Positions 36,001 to 46,570 are shown, counted from the first letter of the stretch. The stretch is DNA of 64,000 nt from a virus (IMGVR_UViG_3300047463_000135:1-64000), one strand, 5' to 3'. The notes: generated by a model from the sequence alone, not told the origin. Translations and numbers: made by a program.

Positions 36001-39000
36001 GTAAGTTTGGTATTAGATAAAGCAATAGCATTGTCTACTTCTGCTTTAGTCTGTAATCCTTCAAGAGCTGATACATCAGCCTTTTTAACTAACTCACCTT
36101 CAATATTACTTACTTGACCGTTAAGTGTAGTAATAGCGTTATTAAGAGATGTCACCTTTCCATCTACTACACCTACTTCATTATGAAGTGATTGGTTAGC
36201 ATCTGCTTGAGCAGTCCAATCACGTACGTAATCGTAAGGAGATGGAAACCAATTCTTAGAAGAACCAAACTCTCCACGTACTAATACAGCCCAGTAAATA
36301 GTAGCTACAGTATCTTGTGAATAGTTACCATGGTTTAATAAGTAGAAATGTACAGCATTAGAAGTAGCATGTTCACCTGCAACAAACGTACCTTTTACAA
36401 CTTGCTTATCGCCATTGATAGGGAAGTTAGCAGATACAATACCTTCCCATCCACCACCTGCATAAGGTGCAAGAACAGTGATACCGTCTGCAGGTCCACG
36501 CTTGTGCTCAGCACAATAAATAAGTGTGTACTTCTCTCCTACAATCCATGGCTCACCTAGACTATAAACAGCATGTGGGTACTTACCTTCTTCATAGAGT
36601 TGAACCTTATTAGAGTTAACTAGGATATTCTGAGAAGAGTCACCAATAACTTTTAAATCATTTGAGAGCTTAGTATAAGCAGTAGATTGAGATTGAATAT
36701 CTGATTCATTCTGAGTAACACGTTGATCTAATGCACGTACAGATTCTGCAGTAGCAGAGTTCTTAACATCACCTTCAACTACATTAATCTGGTTCTGTAA
36801 GATGTCAGTCTTATTAGTAAGTGTCTCAATACCTTGCTCAGTAGTTCCTACACGTGAAGTAAGAGATTCAATTACCTTGGCTTGACCATTAACAAGCTTA
36901 ATATCATCAGCAATTTCTAATGACATGTAGTCCAACATAACAGTGGTAGTTGCACCTTCTTCAATAAAGATTGGTGCAATATGTGCAGCGTTATTCATTA
37001 ATTGACTTGGACTATCTAAAGTACCGTTGCCTGCAGCAACACCAGATAGAGAGCGCCCTGATAAATAGAATTCACGTTCAACCCACTGACCTACAGGAGG
37101 TTGGTACGCATACAACATATAGAATGAAGATGCAGGACCATCCGTAGGGACACCATCACTATTTACAAATGAAGACTTATCAGCAGTCTTAGATGCAATA
37201 CCAAAATAGAAGGTAGTCGTACCTGATTTAGTTTCGTATACACAGAAACGTACTCTTAAACGGTACATACGCTTAGGATCAAACATTAAAAATCTTGATG
37301 AATGAATCCAAAGATTATCTGTACCTGAGCTGTTACCGATAACAATATAGTTAGTGTTACTTGCGGTAGGATTACTGGTCTTACCTAAATAACCGGGTGT
37401 GTTATAAGCACGGGTTAAATCATTGGTTAAATCAGAACCACCATTAATAAGAATGGCATTAGTAGCTTGGTTAATAGATGCATCCAATGAAACAAGTTTA
37501 TCTTGTTGTGCTTTGATAGCATCCTTGTTGATCTGTGTTTGGTTATTAACAGAATCAACATACTCAGTACTAGCTTTACCTGCTAGATCACCTTGAATGG
37601 TATTAACATTATTCTTAATAGTAGTTATGTCATTGGTGTTAGAAGTTACAACACCATTTAGATCAGTAACCTTATTATCAATGGTTTCAACGTATGAAGC
37701 ATTAGCTTTAGTCTTATCTAAGGTATCTATATCATTTTCAATAGTAGTAACCTTCTGACCTAACGAAGTTAAACCATCAGTGTTCTGACCAACTTTAATA
37801 GTAATATCTTGAATGGCTTGACCATTAGCAGCGACACCATCCTGAGCATTCTTAAGATCAGCCTTAACAGTTGATACATCACTTACTACAGTAGCTAACT
37901 CATCTTTAGTTTGTTTAGTAGTTACTTCTAATGAAGTAATAGCTTGACCTTGAGATGCAATAGTATCGTTAGCAGTTTTTAAACCACCTTGCACATCAGT
38001 AATAGCTTGAGTATTAGACTTAACTACACCATCAATATCAGAAACAGTAGCAGTGATATCAGTTAAGCCTTTAGCATTAGCTGCTACATCATTCTTAACA
38101 TTAACCATGTCTGCTTCTACCGCAGATACTTTACCTGCAGTAACAGATGATTCATTGATAGCTATGTTGGCTTTATCTAAAGCTAGTGCAGAGTTATTCA
38201 ATGCTGTATTAGCATTCTGATCTACAGTAGTTAAGCGACCATCTAAAGCATCTACCTTATTTACAGCTACAGCTGAGTTACTTACAGCAATATCAACACT
38301 GGTTTGCATATTACCTAAAGCTGTATCAGTAGACTCTTTGTAGTTTTCTAAAGCTTGTAAATTCTTAGTGTCACCATCAGTACGTTCTTGAATCTCTTTA
38401 GTTAAGCCATCATTTAATTGATCAATTTGTTTAAGGCGTTCTTGAGTTTCCTCATCAATGCCAGCCCAAACACCTTCAAGCTTTTCCTCAATCTCAGCAG
38501 TACGATCTTGTGATTCTTGTACTAGCTGTTCTTGACGAATCTGTGCTTCACGTTGTACAGCATCAATACGATCTTGAGTTTCAGTAGTGAGTTTATCTAA
38601 TAGCTCCTTCTGATTCTCTTTCATTGTATTTGCTGTATTGTTCGCTAGGTTGATCATAGCTGTTCTGCGTTGCTCTGCTTCCGCGAGCAATTGCTTCTGA
38701 ACATTACTGATGTCTTCAATACTAGAGTTAAGCTTTTCATCTAACTCTTTAACAATAGGAGACTGTGCTAGAGCTTCTAAAGCTTTATCAATGATGTCCT
38801 GTTCAACAGGAAGCTTATCTTGAATATCTTTTAAAGCATCATCAATATCTTTATTGGTTTGAGTCTGATAGTCCTTGAACTTACCTAGAATCTCTAAATC
38901 CCATTCACGTGCTTGAGACAGAATTGTCCATGCACCCATATTGATCTCACCATTATCCATAGTGATCTGAATAGAATCCGTAGTGATATCTTGAAGCATG

Positions 39001-39473
39001 TCTTCATACTTCTTAATACGCTCATCAAAGCTAGTGAAAGTATTGTTGGTTTCATCTTTGAAAGTCTGAATAGACTGATAAACCAATAAGAACTTATGAT
39101 CAAACGTAGATGTATACAAATCTATTTTATGATTCAAATCTACGCCAAGCTGTTCTCTAGCAATACGTTCATTATTAAGTTCAAGATCATTCTTGATTCG
39201 ATAATCAGAAAGGGCTTTTGCTAATTCAGATAATGAACTAACATTACGCAAATCACCTTCTGCTCGTTGTACTACTTCTGTAGACAAACGAGATTCCTGA
39301 GCAGCAAGCTCAGTATTAGTTAAATCAATTAAATCTTTATTTGCTTTGTCACCTGCAATACGGGAAATCTTTTCGTCTTCTAGACCTTCCCATAGGCGAC
39401 CATCCTCAATTTGTAACTCATTACGAGTTTCAGTTAATAAGATGTTTACATCATCCGGAGTTAAGTTTGACAT
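33060..39473 (-). CDS. Large tail fibre / receptor-binding structural protein (2137 aa)
   Basis: Very long ORF with an N-terminal anchor region, extensive coiled-coil and repetitive Thr/Asn/Val-rich segments, and a Gly/Trp-rich C-terminal region of the kind seen in carbohydrate-binding domains. Confidence 0.6.
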   Translation of the reverse strand: MSNLTPDDVNILLTETRNELQIEDGRLWEGLEDEKISRIAGDKANKDLIDLTNTELAAQESRLSTEVVQRAEGDLRNVSSLSELAKALSDYRIKNDLELNNERIAREQLGVDLNHKIDLYTSTFDHKFLLVYQSIQTFKDETNNTFTSFDERIKKYEDMLQDITTDSIQITMDNGEINMGAWTILSQAREWDLEILGKFKDYQTQTNKDIDDALKDIQDKLPVEQDIIDKALEALAQSPIVKELDEKLNSSIEDISNVQKQLLAEAEQRRTAMINLANNTANTMKENQKELLDKLTTETQDRIDAVQREAQIRQEQLVQESQDRTAEIEEKLEGVWAGIDEETQERLKQIDQLNDGLTKEIQERTDGDTKNLQALENYKESTDTALGNMQTSVDIAVSNSAVAVNKVDALDGRLTTVDQNANTALNNSALALDKANIAINESSVTAGKVSAVEADMVNVKNDVAANAKGLTDITATVSDIDGVVKSNTQAITDVQGGLKTANDTIASQGQAITSLEVTTKQTKDELATVVSDVSTVKADLKNAQDGVAANGQAIQDITIKVGQNTDGLTSLGQKVTTIENDIDTLDKTKANASYVETIDNKVTDLNGVVTSNTNDITTIKNNVNTIQGDLAGKASTEYVDSVNNQTQINKDAIKAQQDKLVSLDASINQATNAILINGGSDLTNDLTRAYNTPGYLGKTSNPTASNTNYIVIGNSSGTDNLWIHSSRFLMFDPKRMYRLRVRFCVYETKSGTTTFYFGIASKTADKSSFVNSDGVPTDGPASSFYMLYAYQPPVGQWVEREFYLSGRSLSGVAAGNGTLDSPSQLMNNAAHIAPIFIEEGATTTVMLDYMSLEIADDIKLVNGQAKVIESLTSRVGTTEQGIETLTNKTDILQNQINVVEGDVKNSATAESVRALDQRVTQNESDIQSQSTAYTKLSNDLKVIGDSSQNILVNSNKVQLYEEGKYPHAVYSLGEPWIVGEKYTLIYCAEHKRGPADGITVLAPYAGGGWEGIVSANFPINGDKQVVKGTFVAGEHATSNAVHFYLLNHGNYSQDTVATIYWAVLVRGEFGSSKNWFPSPYDYVRDWTAQADANQSLHNEVGVVDGKVTSLNNAITTLNGQVSNIEGELVKKADVSALEGLQTKAEVDNAIALSNTKLTASLYSGNMNLLKESALDDYNYGSWIGNGGHTELIKKSDWPNVEFPPNGRKAVWQINGWGGAGMYQPVTGKFKAGEPLTCSIWAYGDNGTEVLSLMTEGIQLIEPNSSYLQLTNKWKRYTVKGYAVTDSINLVMYLGPTMPNGTQVLISEVKLERGLIGSDWSESAEETQTRLDATAASIAENRAGVERVDSKITSTASDLTNLTGRVNTAEGNITGLFDVTHLLTGRVEQTENNITVNSQSISNVKATLDMNVLPSKRDTTKANQWLLTHVIPKDAGWVSQGVNPDFSTLKTGIKNKRIYCADGNTMFSGSEYDNTVLYFRTIVQVNTDALVNLGSFTGDDAHSIYVNGVLNFTKEAYGPTANLVISLKQGLNTVDVICYNGYGLAGFTSSVLLSSLVVNMYAPESVEEQAAATANAVSALTTTVSDLNGVVSSQASQVTALTSMAESGYLNNKQVDIDLTDPRFDQNKWYPIGIGGLNLARNNLRVWAILDNRSHPTWQGHPGGFTVDIKWEVSGSAWGAVSVNRLVHAFVWQWTDLPPCIRLDQLGASSREVIWLRGGGKYYASIPRNASIWLPNSDDNQVDPADGSMFTPLLYTSQYLPKDITNKIDTNTTTLQVTNQTVDGIKAISTVSVDNNGFISGYGLISQLVNGVVQSAFGVNADYFYVGTSTSNRKKPFMVLTSPQTIDGTTYPAGTWIDVAMIANATIGTAHIADASITNAKIANLDAAKITSGYIDAARIKAGSISADKMTIGLTDNLWPNRYFDPNGPLLVNSRAKMIADITEIGGYGMQIYGRDHVAYSLKMPVRPGDQIVIEYTAALGGGPNRPLGVGLWVYDDWGQTGTTPWQYGPAEQLYQVQGGWYRYRRTMTVANNGSGRLAKSGALYFQIEQWDNEANPTYWNIGDVTVRRRSGGELIVDGSIEATKLHVNELSAISGTLGTLTTYKDPSQPNKARMVMQGSLITVYDDNNVVRVKLGLW

Positions 39474-39566
39474 ATATGTACCTCATAGCTATGGGCTGAT
39501 TATAAACACTTATTACTTAAATGGCAGTCCCTGCCTTCTCTTGACCTCTAAAACAAAGGAATAAAT

Positions 39567-40205
39567 ATGTCCGCACACTTGATCAGTATCACGCCAGATG
39601 CTGAAAAAACTATGGGCTATATTGCCCGTGTATCTAATCCAGCAAACCAAGCCAATGAAAATGTAGCAGGTCTATTAGCCTACTGTATTCGTCATGGTCA
39701 TTGGTCTGTATTTGAGCATGCGTTCATGACACTTGAAATAGAAACCACACGAGACATTGGAGCACAAATCCTACGTCATCGTAGTTTCTACTTCCAAGAG
39801 TTTAGTCAGCGTTATGCAGCAGTAACTACTACTGCACCTATTCCTGAACTACGTTTACAGGATACTAAGAATCGTCAAAACTCTATTGAGGTCACTGATC
39901 CAGAAGATCAGATTGCAATGAGTAATCTTCAAATGAAGATTGCAGAACACTATGCACAAGGTCATGACTTATATGATGAGTTATTAGAACGTGGTGTAGC
40001 TAAAGAGTGTGCCCGTAAAGTATTACCTCTTAACACGGAAACCACTATTTACATGACTGGTAATGTACGTCAATGGATTCACTATATTGATTTACGTTCA
40101 GGTAATGGCACTCAGAAAGAACATATGGAAGTTGCACTAGCTGCAAAAGAAGTGTTTATTCAGCAATTACCAATTGTCGCTAAGGCACTTGGATGGACTA
40201 GTTAA
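39567..40205 (+). CDS. thyX: FAD-dependent thymidylate synthase ThyX
   Basis: ThyX signature RHRSFYFQEFSQRY (RHRx7S...RY). Confidence 0.7.
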   Translation: MSAHLISITPDAEKTMGYIARVSNPANQANENVAGLLAYCIRHGHWSVFEHAFMTLEIETTRDIGAQILRHRSFYFQEFSQRYAAVTTTAPIPELRLQDTKNRQNSIEVTDPEDQIAMSNLQMKIAEHYAQGHDLYDELLERGVAKECARKVLPLNTETTIYMTGNVRQWIHYIDLRSGNGTQKEHMEVALAAKEVFIQQLPIVAKALGWTS

Positions 40206-40258
40206 TTCTAGTTCTCACTGTTAATATCCACTTCCTCTAAATCTAGGGCAATATAAAT

Positions 40259-42253
40259 ATGATTCGACCATCTAATAATTCACCATTACCTCATCGCTTA
40301 CTGTCAGAACATATCGACTACTCAGCAGACAATCACATGATTCCTGCAGGTGCAGAAACAGTTAAAGATCGTTACTTAGTGCAGAATGAGAAATCACCTC
40401 AAGATGCCTATATGCGTTGTGCTACAGCATTCGCTAGTAACGAAGCTCATGCATTACGTATGTACAGTTATTTCAAAAAACATTGGGCAGGTCCTGCTAG
40501 TCCGGTACTGGCTAACGCACCTGTACGTATTAAGTTCTTTGAAAACATGGCTAAGAACTTTAGTCACTTGGCTTATGAATCTGTATACGGACCATTACCT
40601 ATTTCATGCTACACAGGTTATGTACCTGATAGCCGTGTAGGTATTGCAGATCACTTAACTGAATCCTTATGGATTGCATCTAATGGTGGTGGTTATGCAG
40701 CTTACTGGGGTGATCTACGTCCAGAAGGCTCTGTAACGAGCACAGGCGGTAAGTCTGGTGGATTAGTACCATTCTTCCATGTGGAAGATTCAATGGTCAC
40801 AGCAGCTCACCAAGGCTCAAATAGACGTGCTGTTTATGGTGGTAACATCCGTTGTGACCATCCAGAAGTAGTAGAGTTTATTGAGTCACGTAAAATGTCA
40901 GGTGACCCAAACAAACGTAGCCGTAATATCTTCCAAGCAATTCTTGTCTCAGACAAGTTTATGCATGCAGTACTAGATGATGCTGATTGGCATTTGGTAG
41001 ACCATAAAGGTGTAACCAAGGAAATCATCTCAGCTCGTTACTTATGGGAACTCATGCTTGAATTACCATTCGAGACAGGTTGTCCATTCTTAGTATTCGA
41101 AGATACATGTCGTCGCTTCTTACCAGAAGAACAGAAAGCACTTGGTTTAGATTTCCACAACGTGAATATCTGTACTGAAATCACATTAGCAAACAATGAA
41201 GAACGTACAGCAGTATGCTGTTTAAGTTCATACAACATGTCTACCTATAATGAATGGAAAGGTAATCGCCAATTCATTAAAGACATGGTTGAGTTCTTAG
41301 ATAACGTATTGGAATACTTTATTCAGAATGCTATCTGGTCTTGTACTAAAGACTTTGCTTGGGAAGAATTAGCTCAAACTCTACGTGAATCTCACTATGA
41401 AGCTACAGGCATTATGCTTGAAGATTCACAAGTACAAGCTATCTGTATCAACCTAGTTGAAAAGCGTTTCATGGGTTTACGTAAAGCTGTGTATTCAGCT
41501 AAACAAGAACGTGCTATTGGCTTAGGTTCTATGGGTTGGGATTCATATTTTAAAATATGTGATCTACCTTATGAATCACGTGAAGCTTTAGACATCACGT
41601 ACAACGTAACCAAATGGGTTAAGGAAGTAGCTCTTGAAGCAACTTATGAATTAGGTGCTAAACGTGGTCCTGCCCCAGATATGCAAGCATCTGGTCGCCG
41701 TAATAGTCATCTATTGGCTGATGCACCAACTGCTACAAATAGTTTAATTTGTGGTGGTGTAACACCAAGTCGTGAACCACGATTCCAGAACGTGTATGCA
41801 CAACAAACTACCTCAGGTACTTTCCAGATCATTGAGCCATACTTACTTAAGTGTCTTGAGAAGTACGGTAAGAACAATGCAGCTGTAATTAAATCTATCG
41901 TGGATAACGAAGGCTCAGTTCAACACTTAGACTTCTTAAATGCTCACGAGAAGAAAGTATTACGTACTGCATTTGAAGTTGATCAAATGTGGATTGTTGA
42001 ACATGTGGCATGTGCACAGAAAGATGTGTGTCAAGCAATCTCTACAAACTTGTTTATGAAACCAGGTGTTCCACGTTCATACGTGAATGCTGTTCATTTC
42101 CAAATGTGGAAGAAAGGATGTAAGACTCGTTATTACATTCGTACTATGGCATTAGCTTCATCTAATGCTTTTGCTAAAGCTGAGAAGTCAGCAGACACTA
42201 TCGACTATAACCGTGCAGATATCTTTACTGCATGTTTGAGCTGTGAGGGATAA
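40259..42253 (+). CDS. nrdA: Ribonucleotide reductase large subunit (class I, NrdA-like, no ATP cone)
   Basis: Active-site region NVNICTEI (matches NxCxE), conserved Cys residues, and the C-terminal CxxC-like tail ACLSCEG. Confidence 0.6.
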   Translation: MIRPSNNSPLPHRLLSEHIDYSADNHMIPAGAETVKDRYLVQNEKSPQDAYMRCATAFASNEAHALRMYSYFKKHWAGPASPVLANAPVRIKFFENMAKNFSHLAYESVYGPLPISCYTGYVPDSRVGIADHLTESLWIASNGGGYAAYWGDLRPEGSVTSTGGKSGGLVPFFHVEDSMVTAAHQGSNRRAVYGGNIRCDHPEVVEFIESRKMSGDPNKRSRNIFQAILVSDKFMHAVLDDADWHLVDHKGVTKEIISARYLWELMLELPFETGCPFLVFEDTCRRFLPEEQKALGLDFHNVNICTEITLANNEERTAVCCLSSYNMSTYNEWKGNRQFIKDMVEFLDNVLEYFIQNAIWSCTKDFAWEELAQTLRESHYEATGIMLEDSQVQAICINLVEKRFMGLRKAVYSAKQERAIGLGSMGWDSYFKICDLPYESREALDITYNVTKWVKEVALEATYELGAKRGPAPDMQASGRRNSHLLADAPTATNSLICGGVTPSREPRFQNVYAQQTTSGTFQIIEPYLLKCLEKYGKNNAAVIKSIVDNEGSVQHLDFLNAHEKKVLRTAFEVDQMWIVEHVACAQKDVCQAISTNLFMKPGVPRSYVNAVHFQMWKKGCKTRYYIRTMALASSNAFAKAEKSADTIDYNRADIFTACLSCEG

Positions 42254-42257
42254 ACCA

Positions 42258-43310
42258 ATGGCATTTAATCAACAAGAGCATGATGCATTAACACTTACTG
42301 ATAGACGTGATTACTGGAAACCATTTCGTTATCCAGAGCTATACAACTTAGCTGAAACACATCGTAAGATGAACTGGACAATTGAAGAAGTGAAGAAGCT
42401 AGGCCAAGACGTTAAGGATTGGAAAACTCTAGATAAGGATGAGAAAGCAATTTATCAATTCTTATTACTTTACTTTACTCAAGCTGATGTAGACGTAGCG
42501 GGTTCTTACTTTGAGAACTTAGCTCAATGGTATACACAACCAGAGCAACGCTTCTGGTTAGGTCAAGTAATTCATCGTGAAGCAACACATGTACAATGCT
42601 ATGACATGCTTCCAGATCAGTTCGGTATTCCTAAAGAACAATACTGTGAAATGTTGGACATTGACGAAGTCTATGATCAACGTGATTTCATGACTAAACA
42701 AACTATCAATGGTAATTTTGCATCACATCGCTGTTTAACTTTAGTTAAACATTTATGTGGTGAAGGTATTGGTATCTATGGAATCTTCTTAATGCTTATC
42801 AATGCTCAACGCTTTGGTAAGATGACCTGTCTAGGTCAAGAAGTAGTTGCGTGGTCAGCACGTGATGAAAACCAACACTGCGAAGGTTTAACTTGGTTAT
42901 TTAACCAAGAGTTAGCTGAACACCCATACCTACGTAATGATGAAGTATTTGTGAGTACTGTACTCACTATGTTCATCCATGCAGTTGAACGTGGTATTGC
43001 ATTAGCTAAGTGTGCTTACTCTAAAGGTAGCTTACGTGATCTATCTATTGATCAGATCGAAGTATTCCTTAAGCAATTAGCCAATGCTCGTATCAGCCAA
43101 TTAAACATTGGTATTGATAAAGCTTACCCAGATGTAACGGATGAAATCTTACCTCAGGTTGGATTACTGTTTGCTAAATCTAGTTTAGTAAACTTCTTTG
43201 AAGCAGCTAGTACAAACTACTCTATTGGTAGCTTGACTGGCGAATGGAAATATCCAGAACCAGACTTCCAGACAGATCACGAGATCGAACAGGAAATCCT
43301 AAACGGATAA
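42258..43310 (+). CDS. nrdB: Ribonucleotide reductase small subunit (NrdB-like, ferritin fold)
   Basis: Di-iron ligand-like motifs (EATHVQ and ENQHCEG) and position directly after nrdA. Confidence 0.55.
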   Translation: MAFNQQEHDALTLTDRRDYWKPFRYPELYNLAETHRKMNWTIEEVKKLGQDVKDWKTLDKDEKAIYQFLLLYFTQADVDVAGSYFENLAQWYTQPEQRFWLGQVIHREATHVQCYDMLPDQFGIPKEQYCEMLDIDEVYDQRDFMTKQTINGNFASHRCLTLVKHLCGEGIGIYGIFLMLINAQRFGKMTCLGQEVVAWSARDENQHCEGLTWLFNQELAEHPYLRNDEVFVSTVLTMFIHAVERGIALAKCAYSKGSLRDLSIDQIEVFLKQLANARISQLNIGIDKAYPDVTDEILPQVGLLFAKSSLVNFFEAASTNYSIGSLTGEWKYPEPDFQTDHEIEQEILNG

Positions 43311-43316
43311 ATCTAG

Positions 43317-43340
43317 AGGGACCTCACGGTCCCTTTCTTG
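43317..43340 (+). terminator. Terminator (GGGACC-TCAC-GGTCCC + TTTCTT)
   Basis: Read directly. Confidence 0.55.
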
Positions 43341-43363
43341 CCTTTACAGGAGTGCATTATTAA

Positions 43364-44344
43364 ATGTCACAGTATTCAAACCAAACTGGTTTACCGTTAC
43401 CTATAGCAGCATGGCTTGCACATGATACGTATGATGGAGCAGTAGCAGGATTATCTGCAACTACTCTAATGAAGTCTGTACGTCAAACTATCCTTACTCA
43501 GAGACTACCTCCTGGGGAAGGTGTGAAAGACGTATCCAGTATGATTAAGTCTCGTATCGGTACAGCTATCCACGATGCTATTGAAAGAGCATGGGTTGAT
43601 CCCAATCTAAGTGATACGCTTACCAGTCTAGGTATTGCTCAAAAGGCAATTAACCGTATACGTGTAAACCATGACCCTAGTACATTTACAGGTCCTACAA
43701 TTCCCGTCTATTTAGAGAAGCGTAGTTCTAAAGATGTATTAGGTGTAACTGTTACAGGTAAGTTTGACTTCATCGCAGAAGGCCGTGTTCACGACTTTAA
43801 AACTACGAGTACATATGCTTGGACAAGTGGTAACAAAGATGATGACTATATTATGCAAGGTAGTATTTATCGTTGGCTTAATCCTGATATTATTACCGAT
43901 GATCGTATGACCATCATTTTCATCTTTATGGATTGGAACAAGAACCGTTACCTATCTGATAGAGAAAACTACCCACACTCACAAATCATTTCTAGAGACT
44001 TCGAGCTTCTTCCAGAAGCTGAGGTGCAACGCTTTGTTGAAAACAAGGTTCAGACACTTATTGCTTGTAAGAACTTACCGGAAGAAGATTTACCGCTCTG
44101 CACTGATAAAGAGCTATGGCGTAAACCAGATACCTATAAGTACTACAGCAATCCTACAGCAGTAGGTAGAAGTCAGAAGAACTTCGACAGTATGTATGAA
44201 GCTCAGAAATACTTTATTGAGAAAGGTAGTAAAGGTCGTATTGACACTGTGAAAGGGCAAGTAACTGCTTGTCTTTATTGTTCTGCATTTACGCTATGTA
44301 GTCAGAAAGATGACTTAATAGCTGCAGGTGAATTAAAACTTTAG
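43364..44344 (+). CDS. PD-(D/E)xK nuclease with a C-terminal Cys cluster (Cas4/RecB-like exonuclease)
   Basis: Core nuclease-like segment GKFDFIAEGRVHDFKTT and cysteine cluster C...CLYCSAFTLC. Confidence 0.5.
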   Translation: MSQYSNQTGLPLPIAAWLAHDTYDGAVAGLSATTLMKSVRQTILTQRLPPGEGVKDVSSMIKSRIGTAIHDAIERAWVDPNLSDTLTSLGIAQKAINRIRVNHDPSTFTGPTIPVYLEKRSSKDVLGVTVTGKFDFIAEGRVHDFKTTSTYAWTSGNKDDDYIMQGSIYRWLNPDIITDDRMTIIFIFMDWNKNRYLSDRENYPHSQIISRDFELLPEAEVQRFVENKVQTLIACKNLPEEDLPLCTDKELWRKPDTYKYYSNPTAVGRSQKNFDSMYEAQKYFIEKGSKGRIDTVKGQVTACLYCSAFTLCSQKDDLIAAGELKL

Positions 44345-44352
44345 GAACTAAG

Positions 44353-46512
44353 ATGACAACAAAACTAAAGCCATTCGATCAGATGGCCTATGATCCAGTT
44401 ACTGAAATGCTCACAGATATTATGTGTGCAAAGACTCAGAACTCAGAACGTATGTTCTTCCGTATTGCATGTACTTATTACTGGGGAGTATTAGCTTCAC
44501 AGATGCATGCAAGCATTCAAGGTTGGGGTGGTAATTCACTACCTATCAACATCTATGCAATGAACCTGTCTCCATCAGGAACTGGTAAAGGCTACTCTAC
44601 TGGTCTGATTGAGCGTAGCGTCATTAATCGCTTCCGTGATTCATTCATGGAAAACACGTTCCCATTAGCTGCAGATCAGAATATGCAGTATCTAGCTAAC
44701 AACCGTGCTGCTCGTAAGGGCACAACACCAGATGATGAGTTCCAAGGTTTAATGAAGGAATTCAATTCAATTGGTTCACTATTGTTTAGCTTTGACTCTG
44801 CAACAGTTCCTGCAGTTAAACAATTGCGTCATAAATTAAACTTAGCTAGAGCTGGTGGAGTCAATCTACAGATTGATGAAATCGGAGCTAACTTAGTAGG
44901 GCAAGAAGAAGTAACCAACGCATTCCTTGAACTGTATGATACAGGCACAATCAAGGACAAGCTCGTTAAGTCATCAGCTGAGAATACTCGATTCGAACGT
45001 ATTGAAGGTGCTACACCAACCAACATGTTATTGTTTGGTACTCCATCAAAACTATTAGATTCTGGTGCTACTCAACGTCACTTAATTGACATGCTTGAAA
45101 TGGGTTACGCTAGACGTTGCTTCTTTGGTTATGTAGCCAAAGTTAAAAAGAACGTTACAGCAGATGCCACAGAGTTAGTAAACCAAATGTTTAATAGCTC
45201 TAATGACGCACAGCTTGATGCTCTATCGTGTTCGTTAGAACAGCTTGCTGATGTATCTAATCTGAATAAGATTGTCACTATCGAGCAACCAGAAGCAATC
45301 TATCTAATGGAATATAAAATCCATTGTGATAAGCGAGCTGAACAGTTGAAAGATCATGAAAACATTCTTCGTTCAGAATTAGAAAACCGCTTCTTCAAAG
45401 TATTGAAGTTAGCAGCTGCTTACGCATTCCGTGACTATTCACCTAAGATCACTATTCAACACTTAGAGGCTTCAATGCGATTAGCAGAAGACTCAGGTGA
45501 ACACTTTGCTCGCTTAATGCAGCCAGAGTTTGATTATGAGAAGGTGGCTAAGTATCTATCGGATTGTGGTAGCAACATTACATTACCAGACTTAGAACAA
45601 GCTTTACCTTGCTTCCGTGGTAGTAAACAACAGAAAGATCAAATGCTAGAGTACGCTGTAGCATGGGGTTATAAGAACAATATTGTCATCAAGAAATTGT
45701 ATGACGGTAATATCTTATTCTTACGTGGTGAGTCCTTGAAGGAAACCAATGTAGATGAACTCATTATTTCTACAAGTACTAAGCTTGCAGAAGGCTATGA
45801 TAATTTACGTATCAAGTTTGATGACCTAGCTCAGTTAGGTTCAGTCAACGGATACCATTGGGCAAACCATCACTTTGATGGTGGATACCGTCGTGAAGAT
45901 CATACCTTACAAGGCTTCAATACAATCGTGTTAGATGTTGATGGAACACTTCCATTAGAGACAGCTAAAGAATTATTGAAGGACTATAAGGCATTCTTCT
46001 ATACCACTAAGCGTCACCAGGATGAAGATCAATTAGATCGTTATCGTATTATCTTACCTACTAACTATGAACTCGAATTAGACCGTGAGGAATATAAGAT
46101 GTTCATGGACAACGTTATGATGGCTCTACCATTTGAAATGGATGAATCATGTAACCAACGTAGTAAGAAATGGCTTACATGTCAGAGTGTAGAAACCTTC
46201 TCTAATGATGGTGCTTTATTTGATGTATTGCCATATATCCCACGTACAGCTAAGAATGAAGAACGAGAAGCTCGCTTCAAAGATCAGAAAGACTTAGACA
46301 ACCTTGAGCGTTGGGTATTAAACAATACTGGTGATGGAAACCGTAATAAGCAATTGTATAACTATGCAATGGTGCTTGTTGAATCTGGTTTACAGTTCGC
46401 AGAAGTAGGCGCTAAGGTTCGTAGCCTTAACGATAAACTTGCTGATAAGTTAGCAGATGATGAGCTACAAGCTACGATTCTAAAATCTATTCAGAACAAG
46501 TTAACTAAGTAA
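44353..46512 (+). CDS. DNA primase-like protein with a P-loop and a C-terminal PriCT-1 domain
   Basis: Walker A-like PSGTGKGYS, and the PriCT-1-like helix GDGNRNKQLYNYAMVLVESGLQFAEV. Confidence 0.5.
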   Translation: MTTKLKPFDQMAYDPVTEMLTDIMCAKTQNSERMFFRIACTYYWGVLASQMHASIQGWGGNSLPINIYAMNLSPSGTGKGYSTGLIERSVINRFRDSFMENTFPLAADQNMQYLANNRAARKGTTPDDEFQGLMKEFNSIGSLLFSFDSATVPAVKQLRHKLNLARAGGVNLQIDEIGANLVGQEEVTNAFLELYDTGTIKDKLVKSSAENTRFERIEGATPTNMLLFGTPSKLLDSGATQRHLIDMLEMGYARRCFFGYVAKVKKNVTADATELVNQMFNSSNDAQLDALSCSLEQLADVSNLNKIVTIEQPEAIYLMEYKIHCDKRAEQLKDHENILRSELENRFFKVLKLAAAYAFRDYSPKITIQHLEASMRLAEDSGEHFARLMQPEFDYEKVAKYLSDCGSNITLPDLEQALPCFRGSKQQKDQMLEYAVAWGYKNNIVIKKLYDGNILFLRGESLKETNVDELIISTSTKLAEGYDNLRIKFDDLAQLGSVNGYHWANHHFDGGYRREDHTLQGFNTIVLDVDGTLPLETAKELLKDYKAFFYTTKRHQDEDQLDRYRIILPTNYELELDREEYKMFMDNVMMALPFEMDESCNQRSKKWLTCQSVETFSNDGALFDVLPYIPRTAKNEEREARFKDQKDLDNLERWVLNNTGDGNRNKQLYNYAMVLVESGLQFAEVGAKVRSLNDKLADKLADDELQATILKSIQNKLTK

Positions 46513-46542
46513 GCTGAGCTTCGCTCAGTCTGGTGCAATATA

Positions 46543-46570
46543 GGGAACCAATGAAGGTTCCCTTTCTCTT
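46543..46570 (+). terminator. Terminator (GGGAACC-AATGAA-GGTTCCC + TTTCTCTT), preceded by the hairpin CTGAGC-TTCG-GCTCAG
   Basis: Read directly. Confidence 0.6.

Noticed and set aside
34375-36560. Short plus-strand ORFs (34375..34602, 35287..35649, 36348..36560) within the tail fibre gene
   Set aside because: They are antisense to a 2137-aa structural gene with consistent coding features, so they are spurious.
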